Below, in pieces: positions 32,415-46,689 of a stretch of 64,000 nt of DNA; the first letter of the stretch is position 1, and each line of letters begins with the position of its first letter. Under the pieces are notes generated by a model. It was not told where the DNA came from. It did not search any database and saw nothing but the letters and a program-made list of their open reading frames with translations. The stretch is taken from assembly GCA_025786725.1 (NCBI GenBank), contig JAHLTZ010000005.1, positions 310,001-374,000 of the forward strand, written 5' to 3'. Source of the stretch: Syncephalis fuscata S228. Its lineage: Eukaryota; Fungi; Zoopagomycota. Made by a program: the position numbers and the translations under genes.

Positions 32415-33446
32415 TTTCTGTATAGTAAAAAAACACTATTATCAGCCGCGTGTTGTCGTAGAAATAAAAGATTTACGAAAATAAAGAATGTAGAAAAAGT
32501 GGGGTAGATAGCCATTGGTGTAACGGCCAGCTAATTAGTACTTTATATAGCATCTAAAAATTGCGGGGATGCAATCGCTATTTCTTTTAGGGACTATGGA
32601 ATAAAGCGATAGCGTGGTCATAGCTTAATATAGATGTCCAAAGACACATTATAGATAAGCCACGTCTAAAACTGCGATTGTGGAGTATCAATATCAATCT
32701 TGAATTGTAAATGGCAATAAGACAAACTTATTAGTATACCTTGTGCTCGTGGTAAATAGTGCTATCAATAGGGTGCATAAAACATGCATTGTGTATTTTA
32801 TTGATTGTCCTACAGAAGATATTTAAGAATGAAGTATTTGCCGAGCAAAATTCAACACTCAAGCTATTGGTATACTAGAGTTGCGCAATTATTCGGATCC
32901 AACGTACTGGTCGGTGGAGTAGTTCTTGAAGCGTTATACACTGTGATACGGTAGTGACCGACTGCACAATGAAATTTCGTCGAGTGAACATAAAAGTAGT
33001 TTTTACAAAGCATGAATGTACAAAAATGACACGCCGGAAACAGCCGGGTTGGGGGAATAGGCCATTAGTAGCATTAACAGTAACGGCAATAATAATATTC
33101 AGCATTGACCATGCTACATTTTTCCAATAGTTCACTATAGTCTTCGTACGACCATGACACTATATTAGGATTTTAACGGCAGATTTGAAGCAGGACAAAA
33201 AGTAGAAAGATGTAACATAAAGATCTCGTTTTTTCACCACGTGTTGGTGGAATGTGTGTATCACTATGAAATAAATATTTTTTCATATACTGGCCGCTAT
33301 TTGTAATACATCTAGACTATAAAACAACCCATTTGTTATCGATACTGTTAGCTACGATTCCTTAGTAGTAACGAGTTTATATCCACGCCTCTAGTACTTT
33401 TATTGGTATTGTTGTTCCTGCCAGTATCATCATCGTCATTATCATT

Positions 33447-33745
33447 ATGCACGCCGTGACCAAACTAGTACTTGTTATCACCATCGGTTGGTTTGCCGTC
33501 ATGAATCCCGCCATCGCCTATCCAGCAAACAATGCCGCTACTACTCTTGAAGTCACCCAGTTCCCTAATGCTCCATTTCCAGTCGCTACCGTATCGGATG
33601 CCGGATTTCCTATTACTCCTGCTGGTATCGAAATGCATCTCATTGAACTAAGTTCTACCGATCGTATCTGGCTTTCTGAGAAAGAATATGGCAGCTGAAG
33701 CGTGCTCGCATTCCTTTTATGGACGTGACCTTCCATCAGAACTAA
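33447..33745 (+). CDS. Small secreted protein resembling the N-terminal propeptide of M28 leucine aminopeptidases, without catalytic domain
   Basis: Signal peptide MHAVTKLVLVITIGWFAVMNPAIA, then HLIELSSTDRIWLSEKE and, after a 1-nt frameshift near 33688, (I)WQLKRARIPFMDVTFHQN*. AT-rich non-coding sequence follows. Confidence 0.65.
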
Positions 33746-34438
33746 TACATGTCAAATACATTAAGGATATTTCGTGTATAATGTTAATAAACAATTTATT
33801 ATACATTTTTTATACGTTATTATCATTTATGTCATTCTTATTAAATATTTATTACAGTATCATATTGTAATTATTGGAATGAATATTGTCAGATAATTAT
33901 TGTTGTTAAAATGGCAATTGAACTATAAACATACTACTAGTATTAATAAACTAAAATCTAGATTATTATTATTATAGTGTATGTTATAATATATTGATAC
34001 AACCATTCATTGTCTATTGATCTGTATAAACGCTAAATGTTATTAAATATACTTATTTGACTTACAAAAAAATAAACTGTCTATTAATTTAAATTGGCCA
34101 TAAGTTCATAGCTTGTGTTGTTGTATCTTGTTGCCTAAATAAAATTATTTATAAGTTAGTATCTATATCAAATTACAATAATTATTAATAATTATAAACT
34201 GATTTATTGGTACAAAACATAAAAACAAATAAAGAACAACTTGAAGATCGGCAAATATCGGCTAGCCCATGGAACAAGCAGCCATTGTTCCCAGTCCCTA
34301 TTAAGTTCTATATTAGAACAACAGAGCCCGGTGTACATTGCTGCTTGTTTGTTGGTCCCGCCCGTGGTAGTAGCGACTAAATTAATATTAATATTAGTAT
34401 TTTTATATTTGATCTCTATATTTACTTACCTTAGTTTA

Positions 34439-35007
34439 TTATAGAGTAATATTTTCCCGTAATGAAAGGGGAATTCGTGACCGCCGGGGAGTCACCTCTT
34501 GAACAGCCGGTAATTCATCCGACTCACTACTAGTCGCAACCGCCTGTACCTCCTTGCTAATGTCGGGTACACCACCGCGACGGCGCGACTTTGGTGCGAC
34601 TACTTTGCGTGCCGCACCATCCTTGCTCGACTGTGCCTGTTCTGGTTGGCATCTGTCGGTGTACTCAACACCCTCCATTGGTACTGCCTCGCTGGGAGTA
34701 CCGCTGGGCGAGCTGTAGTACGATTCAAAGGTGAAGGCATCGGCTGCCTCAACACCTTCCATTGGGGCTGTCTCGTAGACACCCCAATTGAGCAAGTAGT
34801 AGTGAGTGGAAAAACTGAACGTGGTCCAGTAAAAATTGGCGTCGCCAAAGCCCGTATCGGACGCGATACGGACTTTGTTACGCGGACCTTTTTCAAGGCC
34901 ACTTTGTTACCTTGCGCGATGTACGTCTCAGAAAACGTACGCTTTTGCGCGCGCAAAGGTAAAGAGGCAGCACTAACGCTGCCACGGGTGTGACATGGTG
35001 TAGCCAT
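34439..35007 (-). CDS. Hypothetical low-complexity protein (two PMEGVE repeats); 3' end uncertain
   Basis: GC-rich, coding-like stretch; ORFs 34600-35007 and 34439-34795 overlap and join by a frameshift near 34795. A GT-AG intron follows at about 34377-34429. No family recognised. Confidence 0.45.
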
Positions 35008-35450
35008 AATAGCTGGCTATAACTATAGCAAGACGTACAAAACATATAATTAACACCCTGTAAACAGTATATAAAACGCAAGAGCAGACGCAATATAACC
35101 TGTCAGGCCAACCAGTCTAAGTGGATGGATGACTTTACGCAAGTGCCAAGGATGCACTACGTGGTTAATCAAGGCAAACAAGCAAAGCATGCATAACGCA
35201 AATTGCTGCGCAACATGACGACATGGCACAGCAGCTATAACACCATCCACTAATTAACGCAAACGCAACACTTGCTTACCTTTAAATAATTTGTTATAAC
35301 AAGAGAAAAAGAAAACTACAAGAACGTAGCAAAACGAATGTATGAACTTGTGGAAGAAAAACAAGACAGAAAACGTTATAGAACACTACAGATTGATCTT
35401 GCGCAGGCTTTTACACAGTAATCGCCACTCATAGCCACTCAACTATTTTT

Positions 35451-35472
35451 CACACACACACACACACACACA
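35451..35472. repeat. (CA)11 microsatellite
   Basis: Read directly from the sequence. Confidence 0.9.
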
Positions 35473-37654
35473 CGCTAATACTTTGTATTATCTTTTATTT
35501 CTATTAAAGCGTTGTATATACAACTTGTAGCATCTTCCTGTACTCATGCAGCTCAATACGACCCCACTACCAAAACAGGCCTGCATCGGACATGAATATT
35601 AAACGGTCCGTGTACACCTTGCTAAACAGGTAAATAGTCCGATAAACTGGATGGTGTGATCACAGCAACAAATAGACACATAGCACGTGATCTTGTGTTT
35701 ACTTTTCATAAATACGCCACCACCATGATTGTCGCGTATTAATAACGCGTGTACACGACTGAAACAATAACAGACCATTTATACAATACACGTAGCTGTA
35801 ATAACATATAATGGTGTTTATTCAAGTCACTTGTATATATTCTAATATTCATAATATATGGTTATTTCATTTATACGATTGCTTTGTTACTTATTTGATT
35901 GATTATATTTCAGTATATCAGTATACTTTTAACAACCATAAATAATGCCAATTTTATACAGCACATTTATATTAAACTTGGTTTAAAGGTGGTTTGTTGG
36001 TAGTGGTTGTAATATCGTAGTTTTGTTACTGATGCAGATGCATATCATTTAGCTTATTGTAGCCAGTTCACTACTAAACAGTTTGTAATAGCTTGTTGTT
36101 TTGCAATATCAATAGATAATGGTTTCTATCACACTAAGAGCTATAGCATAAATATGTATATCAGTGTGCTTGGTAGTATAGCTGTAGTTTATTGATGTAT
36201 TATGTGTCAGATTGAACAGATGTTTAGCAAAGTAGTGATGCATATACAAATATTTGTATATCTATCAGTAGTAAAAGTATCGATTGTAGCTGTTTTACAT
36301 GCTATAATATAGATAACAAGCTGACTATCTATCAATATGATATGTTTCTAGCTAGTTAAATGATCCAGTATGTGGGTTGATCAATATTATACCAAAACAA
36401 TAAATATGTTGTAATATTCTAAAATGAACACGCATATTCAAGACTGGCTGATAATGCACTATAGACATCATGTACTTATTTTACTGTCGATATTGTAGCA
36501 ATATGTAAGAATGGCAATTGTTTGGTCATTATTGTGCTGTAGACATCGGCGATGGCACCACACTATGCCCAACAATACCTATAATACTACTGTTAGTATA
36601 CCTATAGTTTGTCGTTATGCTTGAGCAACTACAAAGCACTTTATAATCATTTTATAATAAATAATATGCATTACATGTATGACTAGTATTAGTCTTATAG
36701 TCATGGCCTTGGTGAAAGTGTACGAATAGCAATGCTGAAGTTATAGTGCATGCAGTTCAATAAAAGAATTAGGCTGAAATATATTACAGTATATAATAAG
36801 TACAATGTAGCTAGTATATGATAGTATAATATATAGTAATAAGTATACAGCTGAAATTATATGGATAAATAAAGTATATATGCGTACATGATAATAAATC
36901 TATGACGATGAGTATTTAATGACTAATGCCACTCACCACCCACCATCAGTTTATTAAAAAAAGTTTAGTTCGATTGCGCGAATGTTACTAGATGTAATCA
37001 TTTGGCCGTTAAATAATAGTGTGATTAGTTATCACCAATAGTTTATTAAAATCAGAAGTACTATACTTTAAGCCTCTAGGTTAAACTGGGACAAAAGATC
37101 AATAGCTCGAATATTAAATTGTCAATCAATTTTGGTCTTTTAATACTGAATCACATAAATCTATTTAATAATTATTAGTAAAGGAGCTATGTACTTTGAC
37201 TTCAATGTTTTTATTGACTCATTTCAACGTCTTTTTTATTGCTATTTATTGTTCTATTCACTAATATATTATACAATAATGGGATATAACAATATAAATA
37301 ACATGCGTATTTGAACATTAATAAATAGTATTATTCAATTCCTAGTCTTTATTTATCTTATTTACATCAACACGTGTTCAAGCAACCTCAACGGCATGTC
37401 ATATATTCTGGTTACAACTGTCGCCACAAGATATTCCTAGTAAAGACACTCAATCTATCATTATTGCATATGATGGAGGCCATTTGCTTTATCAATTATA
37501 GCAAAGAGTCTGCATCTACCAAGTTGCTACTAAAAATACTCAAGACAATGGTGAACATCAGAAACGCTAGTTGTCCTACCTTTTTGTCACCATAGACGGG
37601 TATCTTACATCGCAAATATGCCCAAATGCAACACTAGAATATTGAAAAATAGAA

Positions 37655-37915
37655 ATATTATTTAGATGCAATAATCCACACTGTACGTAGTAACAACAAT
37701 AACAACTGCGAAACGATATGGAATCACAATCAATGGCTTCTATTAATATTTGATCAATCTTTCTACACATAGCCAACAACAATAATAATTGGCTTCGTGA
37801 ATGTCAAAGTAATCAAATGAACATTATAGCTATGTTTGTTGTGCATAACAATACGACTTGAATTGAAACGAATTTTGCTTTGGGGCTCAAAACGTGGAAA
37901 TAAGGTAAAATAAAA
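37655..37915 (+). repeat. Dispersed degenerate AT-rich repeat, copy A
   Basis: Shares ATGCAATAATCCACA (37666 vs 45871) and TGTTTGTTGTGCATAAC (37833 vs 46086) with copy B, and ATCAATCTTT.TACACAT.GCCAACAACAATAAT (37753 vs 50961) with copy C. Confidence 0.75.
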
Positions 37916-38108
37916 TATAACGCAATAGGCAGACAAGTAATGTATGTTGAATTACATAATAAATAAAAGTGTTCAGCATATAATAGTAAGAGTTATCGCT
38001 TACTATTTTGCCCAAGAATATGCGTGAGCATAGAGAACATGTTATTCGTTATAATAGCGAGAATAATACCTAAACAATGATTTATTAAGGTTGTAATATT
38101 TTAACAAA

Positions 38109-41100
38109 TTAAAAGAAAATGAAATAAAAACGAAATTGATCAACATGAAAATGCCATCTTGCGCGTAGTTTTCTTCTTACAGTATGGATCAGTTCATTGC
38201 AACGAATGATAAATAGTTGGTGGTTCATCGGTAATGGTTGGTACCTGTTCGTCATCGATTCAGAATCGTCTTTTCGCTGTCCATTAATTGCATAATCAAC
38301 TGATTTAATTGTAGTTCCTACGCCGAATAACAAGGCAATCACCAATAGTACGACTTGGTTGATAAGTGTTGAAGCGGCCGCCAGCATAAATCGTGGCGCC
38401 CATACCTTCCAAACCATAAATGACGACGGAAATTCATACTCCACGCACAGACTGATACAATCAATACTGTCCATACAAACGACCATGCAAATGCACTCTT
38501 ACGTATCGCTGGCCATATCGATGACGTATAAGTTGGTGGAGTACCACGATTGGCTATAGAATTAGTTTGTGGTGATTGTTTACGGGCCGAAACACGCCAT
38601 AGGGCAAGTAAAGGAACAGCAATCGAAAATAGAATATATGATCCAAATGTGTTAGCTATAATAAGTAAAGGCGATACAACCCAATTCATTTCCTTTACTC
38701 CAATGAAGCTAACACGCCATTGAATCGAGGCGAGTGTTGCTTGATGACCAGTGGCAAAGTAATAGTGTTGGGCTAGTAATCCTAATATTACTGCTTGACC
38801 AAGTCGAGATACTGAGTAATTAGGATATATACTTTGATAGATTGTGTTCTGCGCATTAAATAACTCAATAATAACAATTAAATGGCAAATACCCATGGCA
38901 AATGACAATGCTCCACTAGGCTGTTGTGTCTGTGCTAATGCTGCATAGATCATAGTAACCAGTACTAGATAGGTAGCACCATAGGCATTGTTAATACCAA
39001 GAATAGCCCGTACTGATAGTCCATTGCGTGTTGTTGAGTAGGAGGGTTCATCTTCCTTTGCCACTGCCATACAAAGGGGATTGGATCGCCAGCCAACGAT
39101 GCCAACAATTAAGCTTAGTCCAAAGGCAAATTGAGCAATTGAACGCTTTATCATGCCCCAAGCACCATCTTCGGTCGAATGATCAGCCAAAGTACCGCTA
39201 TATAGATCAGCATCGGTAAGTGTAGGGAATGATGACGAATCATGACTGCCAGTTGATGTGGATGTCGCTGAAGATTTCTCCATAATCCAATAACAAGCTG
39301 ATAAAAGAAGTGTTGCACGTAGTCCCCAATCCACCCACAGTTGAGCCACACCATGAAGTGACTGTGTACTAATAAAGATGCGTCTAATGAGCCATGGCAC
39401 AATAATGGCTGATGCCACTAATTGAATTAATGTCGCATCTGATGCTGATGTCCCTGAGCCAGTATAGAAATTGGGCTTGCAGCGCTTTTGTTCCTCGCGG
39501 CAAATAGTCGTTTGACCGCTTAATCGAACTAATAGTAAAAATGCAACAGCCAATAAAATCCATCGTTTCCATACAGCCGCAAATTGACTAGTATTATTGC
39601 TGCTGCTGCTACTGCTGCTATTGTTCTTGCGTTTATGACAAACACGATAGCATGCAATGGCCCGTACTACAGAAAGGACGCCGTATGTTTGTAGCAATGC
39701 TTGATCAATACGGTCCTCAAAAACTGTAAAGCTATTAGAGGCAAACATAGAACATTGCGCACCAATCAAAGCTAACCAGCCAAATCCTTCATCTGGATTT
39801 GGAAGCCAGGCAACAAATTGATTCCAAAGCGGAGCAGTTGATACATCAATAGCTGCTGTAGTTTTTGTCAATGTAGGTTGATAACAGCTCAGTGTAAATG
39901 AATAGAGAAATCCCACTACGGCCGCCACAATAATTTGATCGAGTAGTTGCAGTGTATTCAGTCCAATTGCTTCGATAATAATTGGTGCTAATCGGATACG
40001 TTGAGCCAGAATCGTTAATACAACACCAGCAAGTACACCTTTATACCAGCCAATGACTGTATCGCGTGAAAGCGTGGATCGGCGCATAATTTGCAGCATA
40101 CATAGACAAGTAGCCACTAGAATAGCAATGCCTGTCTTCATTAATGGCAGATCAAACTGAGCCCATATTTTTCGACAGAAAGACAGTGCAGCTCGTAAAA
40201 AGCGTGCATAAGCTAAAAATACTTCATAGGCTTGTTCATCGTCCTTTTCCGGATTAACTGGCCTACCATTGCCGTCCTGTTGTATATAGCGCATATACAT
40301 ATCCTCTGCTGTCATAAACTTCTTGTTTAACGATACAAATAACTCGTCGGCCAATTCGCCTGATGGCTGTCGTGCTGTATAGGTAGACATGTAGCGAAGT
40401 ACCTGTTGGGCATTTAGTCGGGCCGAATTGGCAAGCCGTACACCTGGAGAATGCGTTGTATTGGATTCGCTATGGCTACTCGACATCGTAGATGTTAAGA
40501 ACAATTCTGGAATAACCATACCAAGACTGCTATAAGGAATTGGCATACCAAGCAGAAATGAAATAGTCGGTACTAGATCAATCTGCGGCACTGTACGATG
40601 CCGACCAACATCAGGCCGATCGATAAAGACCCGCATTGATGCGTCACTTGGCTCGTGGTCAGCCAGTCGATTAAGAACACCATTTAGTCGCCGTAGATCT
40701 TTTGGTATCATTTCCCGTGCACTATATACAAATAGCGCTGCTTGTACTTCAATCGCACTATCGCCGCCGTGGTCACCTTTGGTATCCATGCCATGATCGC
40801 CAAACACCATTAATACAGTGTCGTCATCCAGTTGACGCATTAGCTTGTCCAGCATCTTGTTCATCTGCAGTAGTTTATCTGCCATGTCTGGATGATCCGC
40901 ACTATTCAGATGACCACAATGATCCACGCCTAAATAATGCGTAATTAATATGTCCCATCCATCGGGATTCTCTTCGAGTGCTTCTGGTAATTTTCCTAGA
41001 ATACCATTGTCGACCGTATGCAAATCCCATACATTAAGCGATGGAAATGAATACGATTTGGTGAATGTCTTCGGATAAATGGCTTCCCACGTGTCATCGC

Positions 41101-41776
41101 CCATCTGCCAAATACGTAACCCATTAGCCTTTGCTTGTGCTAGCCAGTTATCCTCGGTAATTGCCGAACCAGCAAAATTACTGCCTGCATCAACAAAAGT
41201 GGGTAAAGTACCTGTGGTAAGTGCTTTTAACCGTTGCAATGTAGTAGTGGGTGGATCGGCAACAAATTCAAATAGAGCCGCTTGTGTTGGTCGATGGGTC
41301 AGTGCATCATCAATAGCCGTTAATTTATTACGATAATACTCGTTACGAGGCCGTGTTTTATCATAAGCGGCAAAATCAAAGCGTAGCGCATCTATAATGA
41401 CGACAATTGCTCGTTTAAAACTACGTGGTTGCCAGCAACCAAAACTGTCGTTTAATACAGTCTCATTAGCACTGGTTGGCAGTTGTGTACATTGACTTTT
41501 GTCTTCAATCGCCAAGCGGGTCAGTAGAAATCCACGCGTAAATATATAAATGCCAGCTAGTTGTAATAGAAAAAACAGTAGTACCGCCAATACAGTGGCC
41601 TGGCCAGCTTTTGGTACTCGTCGCGCCATCCAACGCGAAATACCACGTACTGGATGCAATAGATTGCCACTACCACTATTCGCTTTGATCGCCGCTCTGT
41701 TCGCTTTTAATAATCTTTGGGTAGGCTTGGTTGCCGTCACGTCCTCTTGACTTGATATAATGCTCGACAGGGTCAT
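38109..41776 (-). CDS. GPI13: GPI ethanolamine phosphate transferase 3 (PIG-O/Gpi13)
   Basis: IDALRFDF, ADPPTTTLQRLKALTTGTLPTFVDAGSNF, HYLGVDHCGH, GDHGMDTKGDHGG, YFATGHQATLASIQW. The C-terminal RRHLMVWKVWAPRF is restored by a 1-nt frameshift near 38420; exact stop uncertain. Confidence 0.95.
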
Positions 41777-42154
41777 GACATACCTAGATCGCCGTCAGTA
41801 CTTTAACAGCCCTCCTTTTCCTAACTAAGGTACTTACCAGCAATTAGCGTGCCTTTTGTACGTAAAACGCTATTCTTTACAGTTGTGTCTAAGCGCTTTG
41901 TAAAAGAACAATTAAGAATAAGATGTGAACGAACAATGGTGGCAGGGGCCGATAAATAAACAACTAAACAATAGAATAGGGTGGTGTAACTGGCAATAAG
42001 TAATAATCTCCTAATAGACGTGCCAGTGTTATTCACACCGCGGCATAGAAGATCACTGTAGCTATTAGGATAAATATACTAAAGGCGTAGTACCAACAAA
42101 TCAACAATAAAAGCAATACAGGAGACAATATGAGAAAGAGTAGGCGTAGTGTGC

Positions 42155-42174
42155 GTGTGTGTGTGTGTGTGTGT
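42155..42174. repeat. (GT)10 microsatellite in the GPI13/CGI121 divergent promoter
   Basis: Read directly from the sequence. Confidence 0.85.
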
Positions 42175-42562
42175 CAATAATGGGTAGAATAACTAACCAA
42201 AAACTGATTAAAGGGTTTAAAGGGTTACTATGGTTAAGTACTGACTATTTATCCATTAATGATTATTTAAATGACAAACAAAAACTAAGGTGGGAATAAA
42301 AATAGTCGCGCGACACTGCTTGAATAGAAAGAGGTGTCGACCAGTGTAGATTCTATTAATATAAATACATTAACAAGATTTCTACACTTACTGTAGTTGT
42401 AGTAAAACAATAAACGTGAAATGAATGTTTATTATTGATTGGACATAGCCAGTGTTAGTAAGGCCTATTTTTTAGTACACTCATCACTTATAATTATAAA
42501 CGTGCTTCTATTTTAGTTGTTTATTTAATCAACAAAAATATTTACTATCTATTATTACTACG

Positions 42563-43383
42563 ATGCGTGGTGCAAGCTGCCCCTTATCGTTCGTGGTTGC
42601 GGCCAATAACGAGACAACTGATGCTGTGCCGTGTGCTCATCTATTCTACTTTAAAGACGTAACGAATGGAGAAGTATTACGCGAACGATTACAGACAGGC
42701 GATACGCGTCTTGCGTATGCTTTCGTCGATGGCCGAGTAGTAAGTATACTGTAAAGGGTATTCCTCACCTTTATTCACTGTTAGTGTTATGTATTGTAGG
42801 TACTAAGCTTGTTTCAACTACTTGTCGCAGCGGGACGCGCCTTAGCTGCCGCGAATGAAAACCGATTAAAAACATATAACATTCATTCAGAAGTGGTCTA
42901 TAATCTATCGCCTAATACTAATGTATGCTATACAGTTGAATATACAACTATTTATCATAATAGACTGACGCGTCTTATAGATTGGTGAGGCATTTCGACG
43001 ATTCGGTGTTAACAAGGACTCTACAAGTTTGGCTGTTGTTAAATTGGATGGCGATATTACAGAGGTAATCCGTGCATATAACATTATTGATGATTTGTAT
43101 TAATTAATGTATTTAAAGGCTGAGCGTGATTTAGTTGATTTAATTGATGGTACATTGGTTCAGGTGTCAGACATTGGTTCAGATGTTCAATTAGATAGTA
43201 TTCGCAAGGTAACATTACACTTAATCAATAATAATAGTAATATAATAATAATAATAATAATATGTAACTCAGTATTACAGGTTAAATGCCCGAGATCTAC
43301 TTGATACAGATGAATTAGTGAATACTGTGGTGACAGCAATGGCATTGAAAGGATTGGCATTGGGTGCAGTTGCAACATCATAG
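42563..43383 (+). CDS. CGI121: KEOPS/EKC complex subunit Cgi121 (TPRKB), 5 exons
   Basis: FYFKDVTNG..LR...YAFVDGRV|VLSLFQLLVAAGRAL...LKTYNIHSEVVYNLSPNTN|IGEAFRRFGV...|...LDSIRK|YYRLN...MALKG. Confidence 0.92.
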
Positions 43384-43569
43384 TTGACAGTATAAATAAA
43401 TGGATTAAAATGATTAAGTGGATTGTATTTACAATATATTGCCATTATTACTACGACTATTATTGGTATGGTTATTGGAAATGCTTAATAAGCAATTTTT
43501 ATTCATTGGTTTGGATAAAATTACTAAATAAAATGACCATAGTATTACAATTAGCTATGTATATAATTA

Positions 43570-45326
43570 TTAATGATCGACTATTACCTTACGAGCAATG
43601 CTCAAGTCTAAACGTGAATAGAACATGGCAAATGTAAATACAGCCATAAATGCAGCAAATACGCCTAGCGGCTTACGCATCAAATCGAAAAAGCTGTACT
43701 CATACGTAATCTATTATCAAACAACATTAATAGCTATATTGGCATTTGAATGCTATTATCATCTACCTCAATAAATTGATCATGTTTATCGATTGCATTG
43801 TGTTTGGTAAGCCAAATGGCGGTACGGCCTGTAACATCCAAATAGGTGCGGAATTTACTAATACGCTTGGAATCAAGTGAAAATGGTACGTGTACTTGGA
43901 CATTGCTAATGAATATCATATTAATTATAATTAGCTATTATTAACGACCATTTATATCGCTTATTGTTGCTTATTTACCTAGCACCTTCTGGTAAAAGAA
44001 TACGTAGTTCAGATGTCTCGTATGTCCAGGTATTGATACAATTAATGAACGGAACACGTAGTACATAAGTATTGGTACCAGGTACTTGGGATAGCACTTC
44101 AAATAATGGCTGCTCAAAGCCATAATAGAAGCGATACTGCCATTCACCGTAAAGTGGAAAGCGTGGACGCATATCCAATTTGAGTTGTTTATCAGAATGG
44201 CCCTGGTTTGTTAATTCCATACTGGAGGTAGAAACATTGCCAATAGGATCACGGTAGTAGATACGTTCGGCTGATTTGGGCAGTTTAGCTGGGATAGAGT
44301 TAAGTACAGGAGTAATTTCTAGCATATGGCTTGTTTTTTGATATTTTATACGGCTGAATTCTCCATCCAATCTATATTCAATGTTAATACACTCAAGTAA
44401 TATTCAATTGATTCACTTACTGTGCGCCATCATGACGAATCTGATAATGTTCTTCTACCGATAGATATCCACCCCAGTGGCTTACTTCCAGTTGGCGTTT
44501 ATGATCAATTGCTGTAATAGGTGGCGTATTCTGTTCATAGTGTACGTAAATTGGCTTCTTTGCTGCTTTTGCCTGCACATCCGTGTAGGGGCCGTATGTA
44601 ACCTCTTTGTATTTCTTGTCGCGATTAACAGGCTCTGGCGCCTTACTGTAGCCTTCAATGTATTCCGATGGTACTTCAACCGATATCTTTTGGCTTTTCG
44701 AAAAATAAGGCGAATAAATGGTTGCACTCGATTCCCAGCGCAAATACTGTGATTTATCCTGAAGTACATGCTTTGGCTGCACAAGCAATGCTTTATTTGT
44801 GTGATAGAACTTAACAGATAAAGAAGTTTTATCATCTGAAGCAAGTGGTGGATCCAATGCTATACTATAGACAACCCATTTACTAACAGATACCATTATT
44901 AAATCAATACTGCGCTGTTAAGCGAAACAATCGCTATTTCACTTACTTGTCGCTGTATTTTGGTTCATGCTTTATTTTCTGTTCTCGAATAAGCTGTTTT
45001 TTATCCAGCTTATTCTTCAGTTCTGCCGCTTCGCCTTTCTTGTCATGCAAATTAATATCGCGCTTGGCTTCTTCGTAAGCAATTGTAATCGCTGTACGTC
45101 CCTCTATAGCAATATAATAGGTGTCTGCCGGTGTTTTGTCGTTGTTTTCGACGACGACATTGTATATATCGACCATTCCAGGAGTCTTTAGGTTAACACT
45201 GCGATGCAGTTCATAATTAGAAAGCTTTACTGGCATTGGATCGGCCAATGCTGCCTCTGCCAGTTTGATGATGCTAAGCACCGCAAAAGTGGTTAACGCG
45301 AACAAACGCGTAGAATTCGACCACAT
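43570..45326 (-). CDS. OST1: Oligosaccharyltransferase subunit ribophorin I
   Basis: Signal peptide; VTYGPY, RQLEVSHWGGYLSVEEHY, IYYRDPIGNVSTS, RPRFPLYGEW, ILLPEGA, TYLDVTGR and C-terminal RKPL..TM..SRLDLSI. Confidence 0.93.
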
Positions 45327-45859
45327 GATGGTGATTAAAGTCTGTGCAGAAACCTAGCAGATAGACCAACGTGACTAAGTAGCAACAATATAGCTTTACA
45401 GGCAGTGAGAACAGGGCGAGATTTAAAGAGGTGAAGATTGACGACGTGGCACTGTCCATTGGTTATATTCAATGTCAATTAGATCAAGTCAAATATCCAA
45501 GTCTGGTCAAGTCCAATCTGGCTAGATTTTGTCAGCAAATAAATACGGGTCGGATTACTGACTGAGTATTAAATTCTAAATCCAAGTCAGCAAGTGAAGT
45601 TGCTAAAAACTGTTGGTACACAAGCCTGCTAATACTTCTATAATTTGTAAAAACATTTGCAGCTCCCACTCAAATAGTGTATAATGCTCGGTGTGCTGCT
45701 AATTAAATGGTTCTACTACGCCATAGGATAGCCCTTCTCTGCATTAATGTCTTTTTGTTTTAATGATTTTAAATACAATTAAACACTTGTTCATTACTAT
45801 ATGTATAATATTGCATCCAGCATTAATTGCTTCATGTGTAATTATCAATACAATAGAGG

Positions 45860-46165
45860 AAATTATTCAAATGCAATAATCCACATTGTACGCAGATGCA
45901 ACAACAGCGACTGCGGAATGCCATGAAATTGCAATTATATGACTTCTATTAATGTTTGATCAATATTTCTATACATGATTAACGACAATAATCAATATCA
46001 AATGTTTTAATAAATCAAATAGTATGTTACATTATTTATTTAAAACAATTTATTAACAATGTTTTAATAAAAAGTGACATAACCATGTTTGTTGTGCATA
46101 ACTGTGTGACTTTGATTGGAACGAATTTTATTTTGAAAACTCAAATGTGGGAGTCAGAGTAAAAA
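45860..46165 (+). repeat. Dispersed degenerate AT-rich repeat, copy B
   Basis: Colinear similarity with 37655-37915 and 50950-51115 (see copy A). Confidence 0.75.
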
Positions 46166-46516
46166 TGATTTGATCCTATAAATATTACACGCTCAATCCA
46201 ATATTTTGTTTTATTTTAATATATAGCTATACAACTTTTATTAATAGTCAATAAATAAAATCAGTCTGTCTTTCTATTATTGCAATAATGTATAATATTA
46301 GTTGCTTACTCTGATAAGTAATTAGATTAAGCCTTATAATAGTTGGCTTAGTTGATGATCATGTAAATGTAAGTATATAAGAAGATACAATGTGATTGTA
46401 AATATTTATTCATTAAACAGCCTGAATTATAAATTATAGCAACCATAGTAAGCTATTTATTTACTAAAACTTATTTATTCAATTTTACTTACATCTCTCT
46501 GTTTTCTGTGTATTAT

Positions 46517-46689
46517 CTCAGTTTAACATTGCTGCTGTTCTGGTTGCATCAGCAACAGCCAAATTTTTGATAAACACAGTCCAACTTAGCATAGCTATAA
46601 TGATTTGCCATAGGTCAAACCGGTAAGTCTTTGAGCTGTCAATTGTTTCTCCACTGGTTTCTGCTTTAATTTGTTTTTCTATATTCCAT
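46517..46689 (-). pseudogene. Possible 5' fragment of a 7TM-family gene
   Basis: Minus strand reads ATG GAA TAT, then (shifted frame) EKQIKAETSGETIDSSKTYRFDLWQIIIAMLSWTVFIKNLAVA...*, resembling INFQILFGIIVLSIFLRNA of the 7TM paralogs. Short and interrupted. Confidence 0.3.

Noticed and set aside
35100-37650. Hidden gene or transposon in the long intergenic region
   Set aside because: No ORF with recognisable motifs, TIRs or LTRs was found by eye; decayed sequence cannot be excluded.
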